Shown here piece after piece: positions 52,801-63,216 of a stretch of DNA of 64,000 nucleotides (the first letter of the stretch is position 1; every line of letters begins with the position of its first letter). The position numbers were made by a program, and so were the translations under genes. Origin of the DNA: Mizuhopecten yessoensis (lineage: Eukaryota); contig NW_018404123.1 of the NCBI RefSeq assembly GCF_002113885.1, positions 153,767 to 217,766 on the forward strand, written 5' to 3'. The notes beneath the pieces are model-generated. The model was not told where the DNA came from and searched no databases. It saw nothing but the letters and a program-made list of their open reading frames with translations.

Positions 52801-55800
52801 CAATATCTTTATGCACTTATGGCCCTTTGTGGCAAACTGCTCATTCGACATCTGACAGGCGTTTCATGTACCGCTTTGCGGAATTCTTGTTTTGTTATAT
52901 GTCTGAAATAACAGTTTTAATACTAGTCATAACCTCTCATCAAAGTGTAGGCTATATATACATAGCAGTAATTAGGTTGCTTACTCCTATAATTTTACAA
53001 CATCTATTTCATGGTTGCTCACTCTGTCATTCTTTATGATAAAACTCCAATCTTTTAAGTTACCGTAACTATGCATTTTTATTATTTTAAGCTTTAAATC
53101 TCTACTTGATGTTAATCTTTATATTAAAGAATAAAGGAGTATTTTATCAATAACAAATAATATATAAAAATAAACATTGAACTTTGCAACAGGAACTTGA
53201 TAGCCATTTATTGTATTGAAATTGTAACTTTTAAGAGTAGTTTATGAAAATGTCTTAGCTTGCATCTTAATCAACTGTTTTACTTATTGTTGACTGCAAC
53301 ATTGGCTGGCAAAACCTGAAATATACGTGTCAGCAGGACTGACATCACAATATAAAATGATGTGGGATGTTTTGTGATGATGTTAGTATTGATATGGATC
53401 CATGTTTTGAATGTTGCAATCCTGCCATTACAATGTTACAGAATTTGAACTATGATATCCAAATCATTCATTAATGTGAAATATGAAATTTGAATTAAAA
53501 ACAGAAATAAAAGAGATATCAGAAGATATAAGATATACAAGAAATGTAAGAGAATAAAAACAAAAACACCTATGTTCTTAAATTATTCAAGTGATTTATA
53601 ATAATCAGTGACAGAACTTTTGTTGGAAACATTAATATGTGACTATGTATGCATAATGTTGCTTTCAAAGTTATTTCAAACATTCATGGCATCAACATGT
53701 TATAAGTATATACTTTTTAATAAGATTTTTGAGGATTTTAATTTTCAGTAAATCTGTACAATTTTTTCTGTATATATTACGCTGCTGACAATTCCAATTT
53801 GCTTTTGACAGAGGAACCAGAGACTCGTGACGCTTGGTGGACTGAGATACGGACAGAGATCCGATCACACGCCCGTGCCATGGGATGTCACGCGGTCCTC
53901 GGCTACTCCGAGCACACCTCAATCTGGTCAGTACAGGTTGTACTAAGCACTAAGCCTCAGACATCAGGCTTTGCCATTGAGAGAATAATTTCCCCTTTTA
54001 AAAGCAGCGAAATTACAGAAATGTTATGATGGAGCTGAAGAAGTACTGTTTTAAAAAATATCACAAAACAGTTATACTAATTGTTTTGATTGTATAAATT
54101 GTATGTCTATGTACTGTAAAATGCTGTAGAGTGGCTTATTATAGCTAGATAGGGCGTTATATTAAATGTTGTATATTTTTTTATTTATATAATTTGTATT
54201 GTTTTCTTTTTGGGAAGCAGCATTTTTTTTCTTCAAAGTTATTCAAAATACTGTGGTATACTAAACATCAGTTTGTAATTGGTCAGCATTATTTCAATAT
54301 ATACAATTGCAGTGATGAAGTGATTGTCCTTTCTGCCATGGGGACAGCTGCTCGAGTAACTGTGACCTCTGACCTCACTCAGTTACTACGGCATACGAGT
54401 CAGCCTGTAGTCCCTCCGCATGAACGTCCACAGATCGACAAAGACAAGAGGTTGTTTGTGGATGTCAATCTGGCCAATCAGGTCTCTCAAAACAAAACCT
54501 TCCACGGAGGCTTTGGGTAAGTATATAGCCAATTAGGTCTCTCAAAACAAAACCTTCCATGGAGGCTTTGGGTAAGTATAGAGCCCATCAGGTCTCTCAA
54601 AACAAACCCTTCCACGGAGGCTTTGGGTAAGAATATAGCCAATCAGGTCTCTCAAAACAAAACCTTCCACGGAGGCTTTGGGTAGGTATAAAGCCAATCA
54701 GATCTCTCAAAACAAAACCTTCCATGGAGGCTTTTGGTAAGTATATTGCCAATCAGATCTCTCAAAACAAAACCTTCCATGGAGGCTTTGGGTATAGCCT
54801 ATCAGATCTCTCAAAACAAAACCTTCCATGGAGGCTTTGGGTAAGTATAAAGCCAATCAGATCTCTCAAAACAAAACCTTCCACGGAGGATTTGGGTTAG
54901 TATATAGCCAATCAGATCTCAAAACAACAACATCCATGGAGGATTTGGGTATAGCCAATCAGATCTCTCAAAACAAAACCTTCCGTGGAGGCTTTGGGTA
55001 AGTAAAAAGCCAATCAGATCTCTCATAATAAAATTTGGTCTCCCAAAAAACAAAATTCTGTGGAAAGTCATTGTGTCATCTGCAACGTGACGCAGACTTG
55101 GTACATATATTGCATACCAACATAGCTCGAACGAGTTCGCATTTCAGAAGTTTACATGCATTTTTGGTGGAGTTATGCCCCTTTTATTGCCAAATAAGGG
55201 CATTGTGTAGTAAATGCAAGAACTTTTTAAAATTTTGAATCCATACCTTTCAAATTTTGTATGGTAATGCTAGAAGCAATAATGTTAAACATATATTACA
55301 GGTTTTTATTGTCGAGTTTCAACTTTCCCCGTTTTGGCATATCACACTTGACATAGCAACGCTGTTTATCCTTTTTGTCGTTAATTTTTGCTTAATTACG
55401 CGATAATCAAGCCAAAGCACTTTTCTCACTAAAAGCGCTGAGCATGCCACGCATCCACTCCTGTGGAATTCTTATTTTCAAATTGTATACTACAGCAAGT
55501 GATTGAAATCCACAACAATTTATAATCAATTTAAAGTACTTTTAACATGTTATATTCCAATGTGTCTTTCCATCATTTTTTTTCTCATTATTCCATTGTT
55601 TTGTCCTTATACCAGGTTTTTGTACTCCAGGTTTGACGACAGTATCCAGAGTAACTGTTCCCTGTGCCACATACCCTACAAGGCTAGCTCCACCCCTTTC
55701 CCTGTTAAGCTTGCTTTATGTGCCATATGCAAGTGAGTTTCAATAATTTTACTGTAAAATAAACATTGAACATTATACAGTGAATGTTTTAAAAGTCTTT

Positions 55801-58800
55801 CATGCCCAGGAGGTGTAGGGTAAGAAAATTCCATCCGAGGGGTTTTCAAATTAGGTAAACCCGAGGCTTGCCAAGGGTTTTGTACCAGTTTGAAAATCCT
55901 GAGAGTGGAATTTCCCTATATATTTAAGTGTTGAGAAAAATAAGAGCAGAGGTGGTCTCATTGCACACAATATATTTCACCATCTAACAAAACACTTGCC
56001 CAGGGATGGCCTGGTTGTCAATACCTTGGAATAACTTTCCATCTACAAACAATTTATGTTTTTATTTGTCTTAAAATAGAATTACTGTAGTTCATATATC
56101 AGAAACCAAAATGTGCAGATTAATGCACTCACTGCCTAAATTTTGTTAGATTCTTCTAGATGATGGCATGATATTGTTATTAAGACTGGATACAAGATTA
56201 AATATCACATGTGTCTGTATGTCTGTCTTCACAGAAAGAAAAAGGTTCCCGACGTCCTTTTCACCACCGTCGACCCTCCGAGTGAGATTCAGATTTGTGG
56301 GCGGGGCTCACTTATACAGGCAAGGTGGGTGAGGATAAAATTACTAATTAATACCCTTGTGGAAGTTACTATAAAAATAAAATAATTAAACACATTTCAA
56401 TGAATCCTGATTTTCTGTTGATGATTATGGAAAAAAAATCATATGTTTGATATCTGCTTAGTAAACAAACACTTCAATTGATATTCACAAGCAGCAAAGC
56501 TTACACAAAGTTCAGTTTTCTCACACCAGCTTCAGCTTTCTCTCTCGCCATTACCAAAACACATCAGTGTTGTAACAAACAGCTGATTGTTGAGTGACAT
56601 ACTTGCCATTCACATAATCCTCAATGTTACTGAAATCCCTTTATATCCTGATATGTTAATGTCACATCAATTTACAGAATGAGTAGATCATGAGATCATA
56701 CATAGAAAGAAAATTCACTCCAACACATTTATACTAGGAATATATATGGTAGGATCATTAAGTGAATGTAAATAAAACACATTATGTACATTTTTATCAG
56801 CAACAAGAATGGTGAGATGGTTAATAATGCAAAGTACTTTATTCATATTTGTATTAATTCTAAATGTTTCCCTGGTAATATTTGATATTTTATGCTAATA
56901 TTTGTTCATGTTGTTTCAGAATCTGTAGAGTGAAGTTGAAAGGAAAAGGGGAGACAAATGCAAGGGAGATAAGTGATGTAGGTATTTCACCCTTTATGCA
57001 TTTGATTATGCAATGGAGATTATTGATGTAGTATTTCACCCTTTTATACATTTGATTAAACAAGGGAGATTAGTGATGTAGATATTTCACCCTTTATACA
57101 TTTGATTATACAAGGGAAATTAGTGATGTAGGTATTTCACACTTGATACATTTGATTATACAAGGGAGATTAGTGATGTAGATATTTCACCCTTTATACA
57201 TTTGATTATACAAGGGAGATTAGTGATGTAGGTATTTCACACTTGATACATTTGATTATACAAGGGAGATTAGTGATGTAGATATTTCACCCTTTATACA
57301 TTTGATTATACAAGGGAGATTAGTGATGTAGGTATTTCACACTTGATACATTTGATTATACAAGGGAGATTAGTGATGTAGATATTTCACCCTTTATACA
57401 TTTGATTATACATGGGAGATTAGTGATGTAGGTATTTCACACTTGATACATTTGATTATACAAGGGAGATTAGTGATGTAGGTATTTCACCCTTTATACA
57501 TTTGATTATACAAGGGAGATTAGTGATGTAGATATTTCACCCTTTATACATTTGATTATACATGGGAGATTAGTGATGTAGGTATTTCACACTTGATACA
57601 TTTGATTATACAAGGGAGATTAGTGATGTAGGTATTTCACCCTTTATACATTTGATTATACAAGGGAGATTAGTGATGTAGATATTTCACCCTTTATACA
57701 TTTGATTATACATGGGAGATTAGTGATGTAGGTATTTCACACTTGATACATTTGATTATACAAGGGAGATTAGTGATGTAGGTATTTCACCCTTTATACA
57801 TTTGATTATACAAGGGAGATTAGTGATGTAGATATTTCACCCTTTATACATTTGATTATACATGGGAGATTAGTGATGTAGGTATTTCACACTTGATACA
57901 TTTGATTATACAAGGGAGATTAGTGATGTAGGTATTTCACCCTTTATACATTTGATTATACAAGGGAGATTAGTGATGTAGATATTTCACCCTTTATACA
58001 TTTGATTATACATGGGAGATTAGTGATGTAGGTATTTCACACTTGATACATTTGATTATACAAGGGAGATTAGTGATGTAGGTATTTCACCCTTTATACA
58101 TTTGATTATACAAGGGAGATTAGTGATGTAGGTATTTCACCCTTTTATACATTTGATTACAAGGAGATTAGTGATATAGGTATTTCACCCTTTTATACAT
58201 TTGATTACAAGGAGATTAGTGATGTAGATATTTCACCCTTTTATACATTTGATTACAAGGAGATTAGTGATATAGGTATTTCACCCTTTTATACATTTGA
58301 TAACAAGGAGATTAGTGATTATCTCATCCTTTAGACCATGTGATTACTTGTAGTAGGTTGGATCATGATGCGAGTATCTTGCCCTTTAGACTTACAGTCT
58401 GTTGTTTAACATAATTAAGTGTTGTAAGCTGTTAACGAGGAAATACTGACTAAACACAGTTATTATAACAATTTATCAGTGAACCATTAAATCACAATGC
58501 CAGATAGCATAATGATTTTAATCTACTTGAACGAAATCAAGTGTTAAAGCTGAAAGAAACAAGAATTATAAAGAGCAATGCTAACTTGGTTAGCAAGTCA
58601 CCTTCACATTTCCCTTTTACTTAACTGATATGGGCAGTGACGTTGGAATACAATGTGTGCTGGAATGTGATTCCCATCGTTCTGTGTGTTTCAGAGCCTC
58701 CCCTTCCTGGAGTACGAGTTACACAACCAACTGATGAACAAGTTAAAGGTACGTATAGGTCACACATAATTTGGGTCTCAGACATTTCTCAATTTACTCT

Positions 58801-60006
58801 TATACTGGTAGTTGCATGGGCACAATTCCATAGCCCCCTCCCAGTTTCAGAATTTTATGAATTAAATTCAAAGTCTGATGTTTGAAATTCATTGAAAACA
58901 AAATTATATTTCGCCTTTATTTTTATACAGCCTAGCAACCATTGTTAAACATAATAGCAGTATGATCAACATAAATTCAGTACTGTTGTATATACAATAT
59001 TCTGTCAGAGTGAAATCTTGTTAATCTAAACACACCTTGTTTTAGAAAATTAGTCAGGATCAAAACATCTTCAAAATTAAAGGATCTCAGGTCATCAAGA
59101 TTCCACATTAAACTCACTGTGATGTAACAATATGATAGCAAGAGTTGATCAACATGAGATTTGCTGTACTTCTACTTATAGTATTCTTGTTTCTCTAGCT
59201 ACGTGGTATGAACGGTCTGTTTGGCCTGAAGATACAGATTTCTGTCGGGGATACCCTGCTGGTTGGAATAGCTGTAAGTAATAAGTAGCAGAGTGTCTGA
59301 GTTTGTTCTCCTTGAAATTGCTTTGAAGTCTGTGCCAACAGGTAGAAATCTTCTTGTCTATAGATTGTAATTGTCTGTCAGAGTTCTCAGAATCACCCAA
59401 ATGAGGGTTCTTCACCCCCAAAACAGTTGGTACGTACCCCCTGTTTTAACAATTCCCCTATGTAACTAGGTACCTAGAGTTACAGAGTCTTGGTAATGTA
59501 TCAAATATACCCATACCCCCAAATCTAAAATTCAGTGGGAACACTGTGTATTATATTTTAAGACATTGACCTAGAATAAGTTTACAAATTTGAGTTATCT
59601 GTCACTTCCTGTTTATAAGAGTATAAGCTACTGGGTACTGATGTCAGGTTGTTGCTATTACAGACTGCCACTGCCGTGTTTTTGACAGCTCTACTGCTGC
59701 CACCTATACCCAAGGTCACTGGACAGGTAAGTCATACAGTCATGGACATATCTAAGTAGGCTGTAGAGAAAATATGCAATATGTTGTAATTCAATAACCT
59801 TTTGGTTTTCAATTTCTTATTAAATAAACCCGAAAAAATGACTGACATGTTTTGACTTTATAATGTGATGAAATAAAAATAAATAAAACCTTTGTGTTGT
59901 TGTGTAGGCGACGTCAGAGCGTGAGAACCTGGCCCTGATAGACCTACAGAAGAAGATTATTGAGACGGTACAGAAGAATCGAGAGATACACGATCTCGTA
60001 CATATT
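37786..60006 (+). CDS. C2CD5: C2 domain-containing protein 5 (KIAA0528/CDP138 orthologue), 20 coding exons, 727 codons, 3' partial
   Basis: Spliced translation MPGKLKVRVVSGRSLPIMDRSTDLTDAFVE...HGFVEELVVNDDPEYQWIDKIRTPRASNEARQRL...GGVVSARSVKLLDRIHNPEEPETRDAWW...LPFLEYELHNQLMNKLKLRGMNGLFGL is colinear with vertebrate C2CD5. All introns are GT-AG and phases are consistent (2181 nt in total). Confidence 0.96.
38837..38923 (+). CDS. C2CD5: C2CD5 coding exon 2
   Basis: VRFGNEAFKTDVCKRSLNPQWASEWFKFE, AG/GT flanks. Confidence 0.93.
39212..39252 (+). CDS. C2CD5: C2CD5 coding exon 3
   Basis: VEDESLQDDPLELR, AG/GT flanks. Confidence 0.92.
39385..40215 (+). mobile_element. HINE/Helentron-type element with internal ~147-bp tandem repeats
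   Basis: Repeated aaatgacct...tcaaggtca units; 3' end caggtgagtaatacaagccctctgggcctcttgtt (sub-terminal repeat plus hairpin). Confidence 0.75.
40281..40490. repeat. 30-bp minisatellite x7 (agggccagtatgatagagtaaggccttaca)
   Basis: Direct tandem repetition ending about 95 nt before exon 4. Confidence 0.95.
40584..40714 (+). CDS. C2CD5: C2CD5 coding exon 4
   Basis: VLDHDTYSAHDAIGKVYIDLNPLL...SGWFPIYDTMH. Confidence 0.93.
41717..41812 (+). CDS. C2CD5: C2CD5 coding exon 5
   Basis: GIRGELNVIVKVDLFSDFNKFRQSSCGVQFFS. Confidence 0.93.
42359..42514 (+). CDS. C2CD5: C2CD5 coding exon 6
   Basis: AEVPCGYRLQMIHGFVEELVVNDDPEYQWIDKIRTPRASNEARQRLFSRLS. Confidence 0.93.
43114..43174 (+). CDS. C2CD5: C2CD5 coding exon 7
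   Basis: GELQRKIGLKVLELSGNSVIG, donor gtaagt. Confidence 0.93.
43177..44513. repeat. ~80-bp minisatellite (about 16 copies) starting inside the exon 7 donor
   Basis: Unit aagtagtaggtaaattattaactggtgtacaa...ctggaggttaa; the first aagt is positions +3 to +6 of the donor. Confidence 0.95.
44930..45232. repeat. 48-bp minisatellite (about 6 copies)
   Basis: Unit caatataataatagaattttctgttttcaattccataacaacagtata; ends about 50 nt before exon 8. Confidence 0.93.
45281..45412 (+). CDS. C2CD5: C2CD5 coding exon 8
   Basis: YTQCFDLEGESGIVVRSIGTAVTINRPDLKPVPSPLGVSPQPK. Confidence 0.92.
47874..48080. repeat. ~66-bp degenerate tandem repeat
   Basis: aagtttaacatcagcaa recurs; explains ORFs 47889-48290 and 47910-48125. 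Confidence 0.8.
49177..49490 (+). CDS. C2CD5: C2CD5 coding exon 9 (Ser/Pro-rich; 5' boundary uncertain)
   Basis: Ends RRRRRSSDSDISNTPPK, like the SSSSDTDLSLTPK region; phases fit; other in-frame acceptors at 49210 and 49339. Confidence 0.8.
50265..51161. repeat. 46-bp minisatellite (about 19 copies) ending in the exon 10 acceptor
   Basis: Unit ttgaatctgttgtctttgtaccatgaagtctgactgacaataggta; the last partial unit is gaatctgttgtcttttttccag|. Confidence 0.96.
51162..51265 (+). CDS. C2CD5: C2CD5 coding exon 10
   Basis: GNNSLTESSGSGSAFGSGGKVIPKLSAQQPSIEMM, phases fit. Confidence 0.88.
51289..51428. repeat. 36-bp tandem repeat x4 with internal hairpin (gaggggat...atcccctc)
   Basis: Starts at intron position +24 after exon 10. 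Confidence 0.9.
52188..52296 (+). CDS. C2CD5: C2CD5 coding exon 11
   Basis: EYPFFTMTSFPPGFIVHLGGVVSARSVKLLDRIHNP. Confidence 0.93.
52463..52891 (+). mobile_element. Short HINE-like element
   Basis: tatacgcccgtc start, (GGCG)n microsatellite, duplicated gctcaataacttgag unit, 3' gacaggcgt...ccgctttgcgg hairpin, then ttcttgtt. Confidence 0.65.
53812..53926 (+). CDS. C2CD5: C2CD5 coding exon 12
   Basis: EEPETRDAWWTEIRTEIRSHARAMGCHAVLGYSEHTSIC. Confidence 0.93.
54313..54516 (+). CDS. C2CD5: C2CD5 coding exon 13
   Basis: DEVIVLSAMGTAARV...NLANQVSQNKTFHGGFG, donor gtaagt. Confidence 0.88.
54473..55025. repeat. 55-bp minisatellite (about 10 copies) spanning the exon 13 donor
   Basis: Unit gccaatcaggtctctcaaaacaaaaccttccacggaggctttgg|gtaagtatata = 44 exonic + 11 intronic nt. 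Confidence 0.96.
55631..55732 (+). CDS. C2CD5: C2CD5 coding exon 14
   Basis: FDDSIQSNCSLCHIPYKASSTPFPVKLALCAICK; alternative in-frame acceptor at 55616. Confidence 0.9.
56235..56324 (+). CDS. C2CD5: C2CD5 coding exon 15
   Basis: KKKVPDVLFTTVDPPSEIQICGRGSLIQAR. Confidence 0.93.
56920..56977 (+). CDS. C2CD5: C2CD5 coding exon 16
   Basis: ICRVKLKGKGETNAREISD, donor gtaggt. Confidence 0.9.
56961..58319. repeat. 50-bp minisatellite (about 27 copies) spanning the exon 16 donor
   Basis: Unit caagggagattagtgat|gtaggtatttcaccctttatacatttgattata = 17 exonic + 33 intronic nt. Confidence 0.97.
58695..58748 (+). CDS. C2CD5: C2CD5 coding exon 17
   Basis: SLPFLEYELHNQLMNKLK. Confidence 0.93.
59199..59273 (+). 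CDS. C2CD5: C2CD5 coding exon 18
   Basis: LRGMNGLFGLKIQISVGDTLLVGIA. Confidence 0.93.
59664..59726 (+). CDS. C2CD5: C2CD5 coding exon 19
   Basis: TATAVFLTALLLPPIPKVTGQ. Confidence 0.9.
59908..60006 (+). CDS. C2CD5: C2CD5 coding exon 20
   Basis: ATSERENLALIDLQKKIIETVQKNREIHDLVHI, donor gtgagt. Confidence 0.88.
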
Positions 60007-60953
60007 GTGAGTCCACTTACGTTGGTATACAAGATCTGACAGAGACCAGTAAGAGGTCATGTTCAGATGACCTTTTAACAAACCATTCAAATCACAGGTT
60101 GCAAAATTTGTCGGATCATATTTTCCTCAGCACTCATTGGTTGGTAGTTATTGCATAGATAACATCCAAGTTTCCTGATTGTAAACCAAACTAAAATGGC
60201 TGGTTCCATGGAAAACCCTCTCATGCCAAAAATGATGTATTTATTGGACAAGTTCTGTGTAATTAGTGGTTTACCATTTATTTTTAAGGAAACTACCGAA
60301 ACAGGAAGGAGATGTATTTACAAAGAAATGTACAGATCAGAAGCTAACATTAAATGATGATATGATCAAACTAGTTTTACATACACTGTCAAACAGGCAT
60401 ACAAGAGATGCCTTTTGATTGGCTGAAAAAGTCATGTTGTATGGTAATCATTCAGGTTGTCTGAACATGACCCCTTACTGGCTACTGTTAGATCTTCATA
60501 CGTAGTGTATAATGAATATCTTTATTATAATCAGATCACTTAGTACCCTAGTGCACCTTAACATTCCAATGATAATGTTGATTTACGATCTTGTAGAATA
60601 ATTCTTACAACATTATTTCAAATCTTCTACAAGAAGTAGCAAATATGACAAGGTACAAAAAGTGACTTAATGCAAAATCGATTCCTGGGCTTATAAAAAT
60701 TGTTCATGCAACGTTGTTTCACAATCTTGTATGAATAGTGACTAATGAAAACTTGATCACAACCTATACGTGCAGAAAGTTAATAACTGCAAATACTGTA
60801 TGTTACTAGTGATAAGCCTAGGAATACATGAAAACATGTCGGTAGTAGAGGGTGGGCTTATCACCCAATATGAGCCTATCGGTCATAGGCTCAGACTAGA
60901 CATCGTGGTCTGCCATTTTGGTTCCGAATATCATAGCTTACCAATCGGAACTG

Positions 60954-62560
60954 GTAGACAGTTAACAAGGGAGTGGACTTAATACTAAGTACGTGGTAGT
61001 CACTGATCAAGTAGACAGTTAACAAGGGAGTGGACTTAATACCAGGTACGTGGTAGTCACTGATCAAGTAAACAGTTAACAAGGGAGTGGACTTAATACC
61101 AGGTACGTGGTAGTCACTGATCAAGTAAACAGTTAACAAGGGAGTGGACTTAATACCAGGTACGTGGTAGTCACTGATCAAGTAAACAGTTAACAAGGGA
61201 GTGGACTTAATACCAGGTACGTGGTAGTCACTGATCAAGTAAACAGTTAACAAGGGAGTGGACTTAATACCAGGTACGTGGTAGTCACTGATCAAGTAAA
61301 CAGTTAACAAGGGAGTGGACTTAATACCAGGTACGTGGTAGTCACTGATCAAGTAAACAGTTAACAAGGGAGTGGACTTAATACCAGGTACGTGGTAGTC
61401 ACTGATCAAGTAAACAGTTAACAAGGGAGTGGACTTAATACCAGGTACGTGGTAGTCACTGATCAAGTAAACAGTTAACAAGGGAGTGGACTTAATACCA
61501 GGTACGTGGTAGTCACTGATCAAGTAAACAGTTAACAAGGGAGTGGACTTAATACCAGGTACGTGGTAGTCACTGATCAAGTAAACAGTTAACAAGGGAG
61601 TGGACTTAATACCAGGTACGTGGTAGTCACTGATCAAGTAAACAGTTAACAAGGGAGTGGACTTAATACCAGGTACGTGGTAGTCACTGATCAAGTAGAC
61701 AGTTAACAAGGGAGTGGACTTAATACCAGGTACGTGGTAGTCACTGATCAAGTAAACAGTTAACAAGGGAGTGGACTTAATACCAGGTACGTGGTAGTCA
61801 CTGATCAAGTAGACAGTTAACAAGGGAGTGGACTTAATACCAGGTACGTGGTAGTCACTGATCAAGTAGACAGTTAACAAGGGAGTGGACTTAATACCAG
61901 GTACGTGGTAGTCACTGATCAAGTAGACAGTTAACAAGGGAGTGGACTTAATACCAGGTACGTGGTAGTCACTGATCAAGTAGACAGTTAACAAGGGAGT
62001 GGACTTAATACCAGGTACGTGGTAGTCACTGATCAAGTAGACAGTTAACAAGGGAGTGGACTTAATACCAGGTACGTGGTAGTCACTGATCAAGTAGACA
62101 GTTAACAAGGGAGTGGACTTAATACCAGGTACGTGGTAGTCACTGATCAAGTAGACAGTTAACAAGGGAGTGGACTTAATACCAGGTACGTGGTAGTCAC
62201 TGATCAAGTAGACAGTTAACAAGGGAGTGGACTTAATACCAGGTACGTGGTAGTCACTGATCAAGTAGACAGTTAACAAGGGAGTGGACTTAATACCAGG
62301 TACGTGGTAGTCACTGATCAAGTAGACAGTTAACAAGGGAGTGGACTTAATACCAGGTACGTGATAGTCACTGATCAAGTAGACAGTTAACAAGGGAGTG
62401 GACTTAACACCAGGTACGTGGTAGTCACTGATCAAGTAAACAGTTAACAAGGGAGTGGACTTAATACCAGGTACGTGGTAGTTGTCACTGATCAAGTAGA
62501 CAGTTAACAAGGGAGTGGACTTAATACCAGGTACGTGGTAGTCACTGATCAAGTAGACAG
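60954..62560. repeat. 57-bp minisatellite (about 28 near-identical copies)
   Basis: Unit gtagacagttaacaagggagtggacttaataccaggtacgtggtagtcactgatcaa; source of the 557-aa repeat ORF. Confidence 0.97.
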
Positions 62561-63190
62561 TCACTTTTTCTTGCCGGCCAGTCTGTCAAACACATTGGTG
62601 GCCATGCGTTCCTTGTGTTCCTTGGAGAACTCGAGTTTCCTGTTTATATTGTTACTAGATGATGTTACTTTTGAAGAGTTTATTACTTTCTTATTCGTGA
62701 GGGCGTCGGGATCATTTTTGTGAGGGGCCTTGACAAAATGCACTGAGTGACCTTTGGTGTCCCTGTTAGATTGTACCGATCCACCTTTTGTATTTTTGCT
62801 AGCAGGTAATGGGTGATCTTTCAGATCTGTTTTAGTTTGTACAGAGTGACCTTTTGAATCTCTGTTGGGTTGATATGAATGACCTTTGGAGTCCTTGTTG
62901 GGTTGTACTATTGAGTGTGTTTCTATGTGTTGAGAGGTCATTGTAGATAAACTTTGTGTATCAGATGACAAGTTGAGATTGGAATCAGTCTTGGCGGTAC
63001 GGTCCTCTGTTAGAACTGACTGTCTACGGTTACCATGGTTACTGAGGTGCTGTTCTCTCACAATCACAGAACCTGGCGTAAAACCTGTTTTATTGTCACC
63101 ATTTGTTGTTTTGCTATTTTGCTTTCTCCAATTTTCAAATTCTTTCTTTGTGGGTATATTTGCTGCATAAAACTCTGGAATTTTGCCAAT
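62561..63190 (-). CDS. Probable terminal coding exon of an unidentified gene, antisense to and probably nested in C2CD5
   Basis: Strong acceptor (long T-run then acag, ending 63191). Open frame of 209 codons IGKIPEFYAANIPTKKEFENWR...MATNVFDRLAGKKK* with degenerate 11-aa repeats. Confidence 0.7.
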   Translation of the reverse strand: MGKIPEFYAANIPTKKEFENWRKQNSKTTNGDNKTGFTPGSVIVREQHLSNHGNRRQSVLTEDRTAKTDSNLNLSSDTQSLSTMTSQHIETHSIVQPNKDSKGHSYQPNRDSKGHSVQTKTDLKDHPLPASKNTKGGSVQSNRDTKGHSVHFVKAPHKNDPDALTNKKVINSSKVTSSSNNINRKLEFSKEHKERMATNVFDRLAGKKK

Positions 63191-63216
63191 CTGTAAAAAA
63201 AAAAAAAAAAAAATCC

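Noticed and set aside
43177-62560. Arrays as CRISPR loci
   Set aside because: Units are head-to-tail with no unique spacers, there are no cas genes, and the context is spliceosomal introns.
60891-62564. 557-aa ORF as a repeat protein gene
   Set aside because: It is a 57-bp minisatellite with a GTG start and almost no variation between units; the open frame follows from a stop-free unit whose length is a multiple of 3.
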